Below are positions 9,944 to 17,984 of a stretch of 64,000 nucleotides of DNA, in pieces. Within the stretch, counting starts at the first letter, position 1. Every line of letters starts with the position of its first letter. Below the pieces are notes generated by a model. The model was not told the DNA's origin. It did no database searches and saw nothing but the letters and a program-made list of their open reading frames with translations. Both the position numbers and the translations under genes were made by a program. This DNA comes from an uncultured bacterium (GTDB lineage Bacteria > Abyssobacteria > SURF-5 > CBDUXP01), in contig CBDUXP010000003.1 in assembly GCA_965371225.1 (NCBI GenBank), positions 73,840 to 137,839 on the forward strand. The letters are read 5' to 3'.

Positions 9944-9954
9944 GAGAATCTACC

Positions 9955-10878
9955 ATGTCCACTTCCCCCGAGGTGCTCGATACCCCAGCCGACCCCGCCC
10001 CCTTGCCGGGCCGAGTTTGGGTCCGGATCAACGGCCGGCCCGTCGCCCCCCACGCGGCCACGGTGTCCGTGTTTGACCACGGGCTGCTCTATGGCGACGG
10101 GGTGTTCGAAGGCCTGCGGTTCGTCAACGGCCGGCCGTTCGAACTGGAGCCACACCTGTGCCGCCTGGCCGCCTCGGCCCACGCGCTGCGGCTGTCGTTG
10201 CCGCTCACCGTGGACGAACTTCGGGAGGAGGTGGAGGCGCTGATCGCGGACACCGGGCAACAGCAGGGCTACATCCGGCTCTTAGTCACCCGGGGGGTCG
10301 GCGACTTGGGGATTAGTCCGGCGATGTGTGCCCGCGCCACGCTGATCCTGATCGCGGCGCCGGTCACGATCTACAACGACGAGCGCCGGCAAGCGGGGAT
10401 TCGCGCGATGACCCTCGCCGGGCGCCAGAAGGCGGTGGACGGGCTGGGCCCCCGGATCAAGTCGCTGAACTACCTGCCCAACGTGTTGGGCTGCCTCGAT
10501 GCGGAGGCGGCGGGCGCGGCGGAGGGGATCTTCCTGACTCCCGAGGGCTACGTGTCGGAGGGCACGGGGGACAACATCTTCGTCGTGCGCGACGGAGTCC
10601 TGGTGCAGCCGGACCCTGCGTGCGGCGGGCTGGAGGGTATCACGGCAAACGCGGTGCAGCGCCTGGCGGAGCGGGCGGGCATTCCCACCGCACGCCGCTG
10701 GTTGACGCGCTACGACCTGTACACGGCCGATGAAGTCTTCCTAACGGGCACGGCCGTGGGGCTTGTGCCCGTGACCGAGATTGACGGGCGCTGCATCGGC
10801 TCCGGAACATGCGGTCCAATTACCGTGCGGTTACAAGGCTTGCTTACCGCAGCCATGGAACGCGGCGGGATCGACTAG
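9955..10878 (+). CDS. class IV (fold type IV) PLP aminotransferase, branched-chain amino acid aminotransferase-like
   Basis: MSTSPEV start sits behind a good ribosome-binding site. Motifs include FDHGLLYGDGVFEGLR, RLLVTRG and EVFLTGTAVGLVPV. Confidence 0.7.
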   Translation: MSTSPEVLDTPADPAPLPGRVWVRINGRPVAPHAATVSVFDHGLLYGDGVFEGLRFVNGRPFELEPHLCRLAASAHALRLSLPLTVDELREEVEALIADTGQQQGYIRLLVTRGVGDLGISPAMCARATLILIAAPVTIYNDERRQAGIRAMTLAGRQKAVDGLGPRIKSLNYLPNVLGCLDAEAAGAAEGIFLTPEGYVSEGTGDNIFVVRDGVLVQPDPACGGLEGITANAVQRLAERAGIPTARRWLTRYDLYTADEVFLTGTAVGLVPVTEIDGRCIGSGTCGPITVRLQGLLTAAMERGGID

Positions 10879-10910
10879 CGCGCGCGCCGGCGGCCCGGTA
10901 CCGTAGGGCC

Positions 10911-12026
10911 GTGCAGACTCCTCATGCGTTGCGCGGCCTGGTCGGCGCGCAGGCCCGGGCCCAGGGCTTTGCCGCCGTGGGCGTGGCGCGGGCCGAGCCG
11001 GTCGCGGACGCCGACCGGTTGATGCAGTGGCTGGCCGCCGGGCGCCACGGCACCATGGGCTGGCTCGCCGAGCGCACGGAGTGGCGTCTGGATCCGCGCG
11101 CGTACTTTCCCGAGTGCCGCAGTGTGGTCGTCGTTGCGGAACCGTATTGGACAAGTCCCGCGAAGAACGGCCCGTGCGGTCGGGTGTCGAACTATGCGTG
11201 GGGCACGGCCGACTATCACGGCCACATGTTGCCGCGCCTGCGCGCGCTGGGCGGCGCGCTCGATGCGGCAGCCGGATCGCGCACCAAAGCGGTGGTCGAC
11301 ACGGCGCCGGTACTGGAGAAGTTCTGGGCGGCGCAAGCGGGCATCGGCTGGCTCGGCAAGCATACAAATATCCTGTCGCGCGAATTGGGGTCGTGGTTCT
11401 TTCTTGGCGTCCTGCTCACCACGGCCGACATCGCCCCGGACGGGCCGGTCGAAGATCATTGTGGGACCTGCACCGCGTGCCTCGACGCGTGCCCCACCGA
11501 TGCGTTTCCCGCGCCGTATCAGCTCGACGCGCGGCGCTGCATTTCCTACCTGACCATCGAGCATCGCGGCGCCATCGATGAATCGCTGCGGGGGGACATG
11601 GGGGAGTTCCTGTTCGGTTGCGACGCCTGTCAGGATGTCTGTCCCTGGAACGATCGAGCGTTCGAGCCGGCCGGCGTGCCATACGCCCGGAGCGAGACGT
11701 GGACGCACCGCGCGCCGGCCGAGGCCTTCGCCTGGTCGGAGGACCAGTTCCGCGCTGCGACGCGCGGCACACCCGTGTCCCGGGCGAAACGTGCGGGTTT
11801 GGCGCGGAACCTGGCCATCGTGCTGGGCAATCGGGGCCGGGACGAGGATGCGGCCGCGCTCGCCATCGCGCTGGGGCATGACGATCCCATGGTCCGCGAG
11901 GCGGCCGCGTGGGCCCTGGGGCGCATCGGCGGCGCCGGCGCCCGCGCCGCGCTCGAGGTCCAGGGACAGGCCGAAGGAGAACCGGCCGTGCTGGACGCGA
12001 TCGCGTCAGCGATGGAAGCGGTCTAG
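10911..12026 (+). CDS. queG: tRNA epoxyqueuosine(34) reductase
   Basis: Two 4Fe-4S ferredoxin motifs (CGTCTACLDACP, CDACQDVCPWN) and a C-terminal HEAT-like repeat (HDDPMVREAAAWALGRIGG). GTG start assumed at 10911. Confidence 0.7.
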   Translation: MQTPHALRGLVGAQARAQGFAAVGVARAEPVADADRLMQWLAAGRHGTMGWLAERTEWRLDPRAYFPECRSVVVVAEPYWTSPAKNGPCGRVSNYAWGTADYHGHMLPRLRALGGALDAAAGSRTKAVVDTAPVLEKFWAAQAGIGWLGKHTNILSRELGSWFFLGVLLTTADIAPDGPVEDHCGTCTACLDACPTDAFPAPYQLDARRCISYLTIEHRGAIDESLRGDMGEFLFGCDACQDVCPWNDRAFEPAGVPYARSETWTHRAPAEAFAWSEDQFRAATRGTPVSRAKRAGLARNLAIVLGNRGRDEDAAALAIALGHDDPMVREAAAWALGRIGGAGARAALEVQGQAEGEPAVLDAIASAMEAV

Positions 12027-12030
12027 CGGG

Positions 12031-12209
12031 TGGGGCTCGACGTGCCCGGCTCCGGCTCAGAGAAGGACGCGCGCGCAGTGCAGGCGCGAGCGGAAATCGT
12101 TGCGCGGCTGCGCCGGTGGCACGGGATGGCCGTGCGCCTGGTCATCCTCGCGGCCATCACCGTCATCAGCGTCATCATCTTCCGCGTGTACCTGGCCGCG
12201 AGCAGGTAA
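12031..12209 (+). CDS. hypothetical small membrane protein (59 aa or shorter)
   Basis: Unannotated short ORF ending in a TM helix (MAVRLVILAAITVISVIIFRVYLAASR) with GC-rich third positions. Start is unclear: GTG 12031, GTG 12043 or the internal ATG. Confidence 0.2.
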
Positions 12210-12225
12210 CACGCTCGGCCGCGCG

Positions 12226-13557
12226 TCAGACCAGCTTGACTAATCGCCGCGGGCCGATGCCCTTGAGGTCGTGCTCGCCCGCATCATCGAACGCAAAGCC
12301 GCCGCCTTCGACCATGCCGCGCACTACCTCGGTGGTGAGAATCTCATTCGCGCCAGCCACGGCGGACACGCGCGCGGCAATGTTCACGCACGTGCCGGAC
12401 AAGTCTTCGCCCATCTCATAGGCCTCGCCCGCGTGCAGCCCGGCGCGAATCTCGATGCCCAGCGCCCGAGCCTCCTCCACGAGCGCCTTACCGGTGCGGA
12501 GGGCCTGCCCCGGTGCAGGGAACGCGGCCATCACCCCGTCCCCCGTGAAGGACACCACCCGGCCGCCGTTCCGCTCGACGGTGCCTTGGGTGGTGGATTC
12601 GAAACGCTTGCGGAGCGCCTGCCAGGCGGCATCCCCGTGAGTCTTCTGCTGCGTGGTGGAATCCACGATGTCGGTAAACAACACGCTGACCACCACCGGG
12701 TCCGAGGTACGCACCGCGCCACCCGCCACAAACGTTTCCATAGCGGTCAGCACCTCGTCAGCGACGGCGGCGTCGAACCAGGGCACGTGCCAGTTGGAAA
12801 CGGGTTCCAGATACTGGGCATGCGCAATATGCTCGGCGAAGTATCGACCGTGCGCCGCTGGCACGCATAACTCGTCCCGTGCGTGGATCACCAGCGTTGG
12901 CACCTCGATCCGCCGGAGCATCGGCCGCAGGTCCATCCCACGCATCCCGTGGAAGATGGAGCGGTACATGGCCGGACTGGCGGTCGCCTGCAAGTACCGC
13001 GCTACTTGAAATATGCCCCGCGAATCGAGGTCTGGAAATGAGCGGCGTGCGAACGCTTGGATGAAGGTTTCGAAATCCCCCCCCATCCCTTCCGTTACGT
13101 GGGCGGTGAAACTGTTTTGGTCGGACATGGGGGTGAACGGATCCAGAGAGTCACAACAGATTGCGTCTACCAGGATCAACTTTTCTACCCGCTCCGGGTA
13201 GGTGACGGTGAAGAGCACCGCAAGCGAGCCGCCGTGCGAGATACCGCTGACGATGGCCCGCTCGGTGTCGGTAGCCCGGAAGATCGCCTCAATATCGGCC
13301 ACCTGCTGGTCCAACGTGGTCACGCTCGTGCCGCGGTCCGACAGGCCCGTGCCGCGCTTATCAAACCGAATCACGCGGGCACGCTTGGTCAAGCGCTCGT
13401 AGTAGCCAGCCTGCGCAGGATAGGTGTCCTCAAGCGCGAGGTTGGAGATGGCCCCCGGGATCTGCATGTACGTGGGCCCGTCCTCGCTGAGGATCTGATA
13501 CGCGAGCGCGACGCCGTCGGATGTGGTGTAGTGCGTGCGCGGCAGCAGATCTGCCAT
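12226..13557 (-). CDS. alpha/beta-hydrolase domain fused to a class III adenylate/guanylate cyclase domain (LipJ/Rv1900c-like architecture)
   Basis: N-terminal hydrolase fold (start MADLLP). The C-terminal cyclase domain contains FTDIVDST, FTGDGVMAAF, GLHAGEAYEMGEDLSGTCVNIAARV and LKGI. Confidence 0.75.
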   Translation of the reverse strand: MADLLPRTHYTTSDGVALAYQILSEDGPTYMQIPGAISNLALEDTYPAQAGYYERLTKRARVIRFDKRGTGLSDRGTSVTTLDQQVADIEAIFRATDTERAIVSGISHGGSLAVLFTVTYPERVEKLILVDAICCDSLDPFTPMSDQNSFTAHVTEGMGGDFETFIQAFARRSFPDLDSRGIFQVARYLQATASPAMYRSIFHGMRGMDLRPMLRRIEVPTLVIHARDELCVPAAHGRYFAEHIAHAQYLEPVSNWHVPWFDAAVADEVLTAMETFVAGGAVRTSDPVVVSVLFTDIVDSTTQQKTHGDAAWQALRKRFESTTQGTVERNGGRVVSFTGDGVMAAFPAPGQALRTGKALVEEARALGIEIRAGLHAGEAYEMGEDLSGTCVNIAARVSAVAGANEILTTEVVRGMVEGGGFAFDDAGEHDLKGIGPRRLVKLV

Positions 13558-13572
13558 GTGGTGCCCTCCCCG

Positions 13573-13582
13573 GGTGGGTCGT
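13573..13582 (-). promoter_or_regulatory. shared GCATAGAATA motif (-10-like TAGAAT) upstream of the first hydrolase-cyclase gene
   Basis: The identical 10-mer recurs upstream of the second paralog (14951-14960). It is followed by the ribosome-binding site GGGGAGGG and the ATG. Confidence 0.3.
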
Positions 13583-13585
13583 ATT

Positions 13586-14911
13586 CTATGCCAGGCGCAC
13601 AAGCTGGCGGGAGCCGATGCCTTTGAGGTCGTGCTCGCCGGCGTCGTCGAACGCAAAACCGCCGCCTTCGACCATGCCGCGCACGGCTTCGGTGGTGAGG
13701 ATTTCACTCGCGCCCGCCGCGGCGGACACCCGCGCGGCAATGTTCACGCACGTGCCGGACAGGTCCTCACCGATGCGGTACGCCTCGCCCGCGTGGATTC
13801 CCGCCCGAATCTGGATGTCCAGGTCGCGTGCGTCGGCCACGAGGGCTTTCGCCGCGCGGAGCGCGTCGCCGGGCGCGGGAAACTCCGCCATGATGCCGTC
13901 CCCGGTGAAGCTGGCGATGCGCCCGAAGAACTGTTCCACGCAGCGGGTGGAGCGCGCCTCGAAGTTCTCGCGCAATGTGCGCCACGCACTATCTCCCCGG
14001 GTTTTCTGCTGGGCGGTGGAATCCACGATGTCGGTGAACAGGACGCTGACCACGACGCGGTCGCCGGTATGCCGAACCTGCCCGGTTACGAATTCCTCGA
14101 TCGCGGCCACCAGCAGGGGCATGGCGTGCTCGTCGGCGAACGGGGTGTGGCTGTGCGAGTCGATTACGTGCAGGGTGGCGTCCGGAATGTGTTCGGCGAA
14201 ATAGCGGCCGTGGTGCACCGGCGCAATTTGATCGTGCGCCGAATGGAACACGAGCGTCGGGACTTGGATGCGGGGCAGGAGTGATCGGATGTCGAACCCG
14301 ATGAGGCTCCGAATCATGCCGGCCAGCGCCGATGCGCTGGAGGCGGACTGCAAGTAGGCAATGAACTCTCTGCGCTCGGGTTCGGAGGATGTGGGATGCG
14401 AGACGCGCGCCAAGCCCTCCGCGTACCGCCCGTAGTCGCGGTCCAAGGCACGGAGGGCGCGGTCCCAATCGGTGAGGGCGTTGTCATCCGAGAAAGGCCC
14501 GAAGGGGTCGTGGAAGTCTCCACAGAGGCCGGCCGTGAGGATGAGGTGCGACACGCGGTCCGGGTGCGCGATGGCGTAGAGGACAGCGATGGCAGCGCCA
14601 TGGGAGATGCCGTGCAGGATCGTGCGCTCCGTGCCGGTGGCCGCGCAGATGGCTTCGATATCCCGCACCTGCTGTTCGACGGTGGGCGGGCGGCTCATGC
14701 GATCCGAAAGCCCCTGACCGCGCTTGTCGAAGCGGATGACCCGGGAAAAGCGGCTGAGGTGTTCGAAGTAGCGGGCGACGACGGGCATCGAGTCTTCGAA
14801 GCCCAGGTGCGACACGAGACCGGGGATGTTCAGCAGGGTCGACCCGGATTCGCTCAGGACCTGATAGGCGATCGAGACGCCGTCGGAGTTGACGTATTGC
14901 GTGCGGTGCAT
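13586..14911 (-). CDS. alpha/beta-hydrolase domain fused to a class III nucleotidyl cyclase domain (tandem paralog)
   Basis: Same architecture as 12226..13557: FTDIVDSTAQQ, FTGDGIMAEF, GIHAGEAYRIGEDLSGTCVNIAARV. Confidence 0.75.
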   Translation of the reverse strand: MHRTQYVNSDGVSIAYQVLSESGSTLLNIPGLVSHLGFEDSMPVVARYFEHLSRFSRVIRFDKRGQGLSDRMSRPPTVEQQVRDIEAICAATGTERTILHGISHGAAIAVLYAIAHPDRVSHLILTAGLCGDFHDPFGPFSDDNALTDWDRALRALDRDYGRYAEGLARVSHPTSSEPERREFIAYLQSASSASALAGMIRSLIGFDIRSLLPRIQVPTLVFHSAHDQIAPVHHGRYFAEHIPDATLHVIDSHSHTPFADEHAMPLLVAAIEEFVTGQVRHTGDRVVVSVLFTDIVDSTAQQKTRGDSAWRTLRENFEARSTRCVEQFFGRIASFTGDGIMAEFPAPGDALRAAKALVADARDLDIQIRAGIHAGEAYRIGEDLSGTCVNIAARVSAAAGASEILTTEAVRGMVEGGGFAFDDAGEHDLKGIGSRQLVRLA

Positions 14912-14950
14912 GGGCGCGCCGTTCCCTCTCTCGGCGCTTCCGGGCGGGCC

Positions 14951-14960
14951 TATTCTATGC
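14951..14960 (-). promoter_or_regulatory. second copy of the GCATAGAATA -10-like motif, upstream of the second hydrolase-cyclase paralog
   Basis: Identical 10-mer to 13573-13582, about 40 nt upstream of the start at 14911. Confidence 0.3.
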
Positions 14961-14986
14961 GAACCGGCCCGCGCATGGGGGATGGC

Positions 14987-15817
14987 TCAGGTGCCCACAC
15001 GCTCGAGTAAGGCGCACATCCCGCGCGCGAGCACTTCCGCCGCGGCGGCGGGATTCTCCAGTTGTGGCGTGTGCCCGGCGTCGGGGATGACGTACTTGGT
15101 GGCGTTGGGAATCTTGGCGGCCATAATCTCGGCGGCCACCTGAAAGTCCGCATCGTGCTCGCTGATGAACACGGCCGTCGGACACGCGATCTCGCCCAGG
15201 CGCGCCGTATGCCGCGGCTTCTCGCGCATGGCGTACCGGCTGTTGACATACGCTTCGACCGTGTTCAGCAGGTATTGCTCGCGCACCAGTTCCGCGCCGC
15301 CCGGGAGGTCCGCGTGGCGCGCCGCAAAGGGGTTCAGCTTCCGCCCTTGGTCGAAGAGCGCTTCGAGGCCGGCCGCTTGCACGAACGCGATGAGCGCGTC
15401 TTCCCGTGCGAAATGTTCTTCGGTTTTCATGAGGGGCCCGGGCGTGGTGTTGAGCAGCCCGAGGGCGCTGACGCGCTCCGGCCAGGTGAGTACGCATTCC
15501 AGCGCGATCATGCCGCCCATGCTGTGGCCCAACACGATGGGGCGATCGAGCTGCCAGTGGTCCAGCAGTTGCCGGACACCGTCGGCGAAGGCCGGGATGC
15601 TGTATGCGGCGCGCTCGACGGGTTTCGCGCTCTGGCCGTGCCCCAGCGAGTCCGGGCGGTAGAGGCGGAAGTGCGGGCGCAACGCGTCCACCACGGTGTC
15701 CCAGACCCGTAGGTTCGCCGAGATGCCGTGCAGCAGCACCAGGGGCGGGGCGTCGGCGCCCGCGGTGAGGTCGGTGGCGTAGTGCCACGGATATCCGTCG
15801 ATCTGGAGTTCAGGCAT
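14987..15817 (-). CDS. alpha/beta-fold hydrolase (3-oxoadipate enol-lactonase-like)
   Basis: LVLLHGISANLRVWD and nucleophile elbow GHSMGGMIALE. Start taken at MPELQIDGYPWHY. Confidence 0.7.
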   Translation of the reverse strand: MPELQIDGYPWHYATDLTAGADAPPLVLLHGISANLRVWDTVVDALRPHFRLYRPDSLGHGQSAKPVERAAYSIPAFADGVRQLLDHWQLDRPIVLGHSMGGMIALECVLTWPERVSALGLLNTTPGPLMKTEEHFAREDALIAFVQAAGLEALFDQGRKLNPFAARHADLPGGAELVREQYLLNTVEAYVNSRYAMREKPRHTARLGEIACPTAVFISEHDADFQVAAEIMAAKIPNATKYVIPDAGHTPQLENPAAAAEVLARGMCALLERVGT

Positions 15818-15899
15818 GGGGCGTCTCTCCCGGCGCGCGCGCCGCCTTGCGGGTGGCGCGTGGGGCGTCAGTATATCCATGCCTGCGAGCGCGGCGGCG

Positions 15900-15910
15900 T
15901 GTGATAGATT
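15900..15910 (+). promoter_or_regulatory. extended -10-like element TGTGATAGATT upstream of the acetolactate synthase gene
   Basis: The TGTGATAGA motif recurs at 28736 and 45409, each upstream of a gene start. This one lies about 35 nt before the ATG at 15946. Confidence 0.3.
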
Positions 15911-15945
15911 ACGCGCCCGCGCACCGCCGCCGGGAAGGAAAGTAT

Positions 15946-17589
15946 ATGTCCCAGAACGCTGCCCAACTGCTCGTCCGCTGTTTGGAGAACGAGGGGGTCG
16001 AGTACATCTTCGGCGTGCCGGGCGAGGAGAACCTCGCCATGATGGATGCGCTGCTGGACAGTTCGGTCACGTTTCACGCGACGCGCCACGAACAGGGCGC
16101 GGCGTTCATGTGTGATGTGTACGGGCGGCTGACGGGGCGCGCGGCCGTGTGCCTGAGCACGTTGGGCCCGGGGGCGACGAACCTGCTGACGGGGGTCGCC
16201 GACGCCAACATGGACCGGGCGCCCATCGTGGCGATCACCGGCCAGGCGGGGCGCAATCGCTTGCACAAGGAAAGCCACCAGGCCCTGGACCTGGTCAGCC
16301 TGTTCCGGCCCGTGACGAAGTGGAACGCGCAGATCAACATGCCGGAGATCGTGCCGGAGATCGTGCGGAAGGCGTTCAAGGTGGCGCAAGAGGAGAAGCC
16401 GGGGGCGACGCACATCGATTTTCCCGAGGACGTGGCGGACATGCCGGTGGATCTGGCGCCCGTGCCGATTCGGGATGAGAAGGTGAATCGGCCGGCACCG
16501 ACGCTGGAAACTCTCGAGCAAGCCAAAGCGCTGATCGAGGCCGCCGAGCGTCCGATCATCATGGCGGGCAACGGGGTCTGTCGCGGCCAGGCGGGCGACG
16601 CGCTGACCCGGTTCGTCACGGAGGTGAACATTCCGGTGGCGACCACGTTCATGGGCAAGGGCGCGGTCTCCACGAAACACCCGCTCTCCCTGTTCGCCGT
16701 CGGCCTGCAGTCGAAGGATTACGTCTCCGCCGGGTTCGCCCAGGCGGACCTGGTGATCTGTGTGGGTTACGACATCGTGGAGTACCCGCCGGAGCTGTGG
16801 AACCCGACGCGGGATAAGAAGATCCTCCACATCGACATGTTGGCGGCCGAAGTGGACGCCGCGTACAACCCCGTGTGCCAGGTGGTGGGGGATATCGCGT
16901 GGACCCTCGAGCGGCTGGACCTGTTGCTCAAACCCAAAACGGATACGCCTCTGCCACGCGACCTGCGGGATATGTTGGTGGAAGAGGTGCGGCAGGGGGG
17001 GCTGGACGACGGGTTTCCCGTTAAGCCGCAGCGCATCTGCTTTGACCTGCGCCAGGTACTCCGGAACGAAGACATCCTCATCAGCGACGTGGGCGCGCAC
17101 AAGATGTGGCTGGCGCGCATGTACTTCACGCGGCAGCCCAATACGTGCATCATTTCCAATGGCTTCGCTTCTATGGGGATCGCCCTGCCCGGCGCCATCG
17201 CCGCGCAACTGGTGTACCCCCAGCGGACGGTGGTGGCGGCCACCGGTGACGCGGGCTTTCTCATGAACGTGCAGGAGTTGGAGACGGCGGTCCGCCTGAA
17301 GACGCCGATCATCATCTTGATTTGGCGCGATAGCGCCTACGGGCTCATCAAGTGGAAGCAGATGAGCCGGTACGGCCGCCCGTCCCACGTGGATTTCGGG
17401 AATCCCGACTTCGTGCAGCTCGCCGAGAGCTTCGGCGCCCGCGGCATGCGCATCAACAGCACCGCCGAACTCCGCCCGGCGCTGGAGCAGGCGCAGCGGT
17501 CTACGGTGCCGGTCGTTATCGACTGTCCCGTGGACTACGCGGAGAACATGAAGCTCACCGAGAAACTGGGCAGCCTGCAGATCGCTTGA
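15946..17589 (+). CDS. acetolactate synthase (AlsS-like), TPP-dependent large subunit
   Basis: N-terminal TPP-enzyme domain (LLVRCLENEGVEYIFGVPGEENLAMMDAL) and TPP-binding motif region (GDAGFLMNVQELETAVRLKTPIIILIWRDSAYG). No ilvN-like small subunit is adjacent. Confidence 0.75.
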   Translation: MSQNAAQLLVRCLENEGVEYIFGVPGEENLAMMDALLDSSVTFHATRHEQGAAFMCDVYGRLTGRAAVCLSTLGPGATNLLTGVADANMDRAPIVAITGQAGRNRLHKESHQALDLVSLFRPVTKWNAQINMPEIVPEIVRKAFKVAQEEKPGATHIDFPEDVADMPVDLAPVPIRDEKVNRPAPTLETLEQAKALIEAAERPIIMAGNGVCRGQAGDALTRFVTEVNIPVATTFMGKGAVSTKHPLSLFAVGLQSKDYVSAGFAQADLVICVGYDIVEYPPELWNPTRDKKILHIDMLAAEVDAAYNPVCQVVGDIAWTLERLDLLLKPKTDTPLPRDLRDMLVEEVRQGGLDDGFPVKPQRICFDLRQVLRNEDILISDVGAHKMWLARMYFTRQPNTCIISNGFASMGIALPGAIAAQLVYPQRTVVAATGDAGFLMNVQELETAVRLKTPIIILIWRDSAYGLIKWKQMSRYGRPSHVDFGNPDFVQLAESFGARGMRINSTAELRPALEQAQRSTVPVVIDCPVDYAENMKLTEKLGSLQIA

Positions 17590-17620
17590 GCGGCGTTCGG
17601 CCCTGCGCGGGGGGGTGGCG

Positions 17621-17644
17621 CGGGCGGACACGCGGGTCCGCCCC
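17621..17644. terminator. GC-rich hairpin downstream of the acetolactate synthase gene
   Basis: GGGCGGAC-N6-GTCCGCCC: 8-bp perfect stem, about 30 nt after the stop. Confidence 0.3.
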
Positions 17645-17911
17645 TACGACCGAATGCGCGGGGGCCGCCGCGATCGGTGGCGCGGCGCGTCCGGCAGGAT
17701 GGGCGCAATAAATTGCGCCCCTGCGAAGCCACGATGCGGGCGACGCATGCGTCGCTCCTACACGGTTTTCTTGTCCGCGTGCATCTGCCGTTTCTATTCC
17801 TCGCCGGGGTCGCGCGGGCCGACACACAGGTCGGCCCCTACGCGCGGGAATATGGCTCGACAGGTTTGGTCGGGGCGGGCCCGGGTGTCCGCCCTGTTTC
17901 TACTGCATCCC

Positions 17912-17951
17912 CAAAAAACAAACCGCCCCGAGGCGCGTGGCCCCGGGGCGG
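17912..17951. terminator. hairpin (CCGCCCCG ... CGGGGCGG), candidate bidirectional terminator between convergent genes
   Basis: Flanked by an A-rich tract on the + strand (CCCCAAAAAACAAA). A second small hairpin, TTCTAAGC-GAG-GCTTAGAA, at 17960-17983 overlaps the stop of the outer-membrane-protein gene. Confidence 0.4.
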
Positions 17952-17984
17952 TTATGAGAATTCAGATGAGCTTCTAAGCGAGGC

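Noticed and set aside
9532-10878. 448-aa ORF extending the aminotransferase N-terminally across the tetR gene
   Set aside because: The extension is an out-of-context Gly/Arg-rich read-through. The ATG at 9955 with an AGGAGA ribosome-binding site gives a normal-length class IV aminotransferase.
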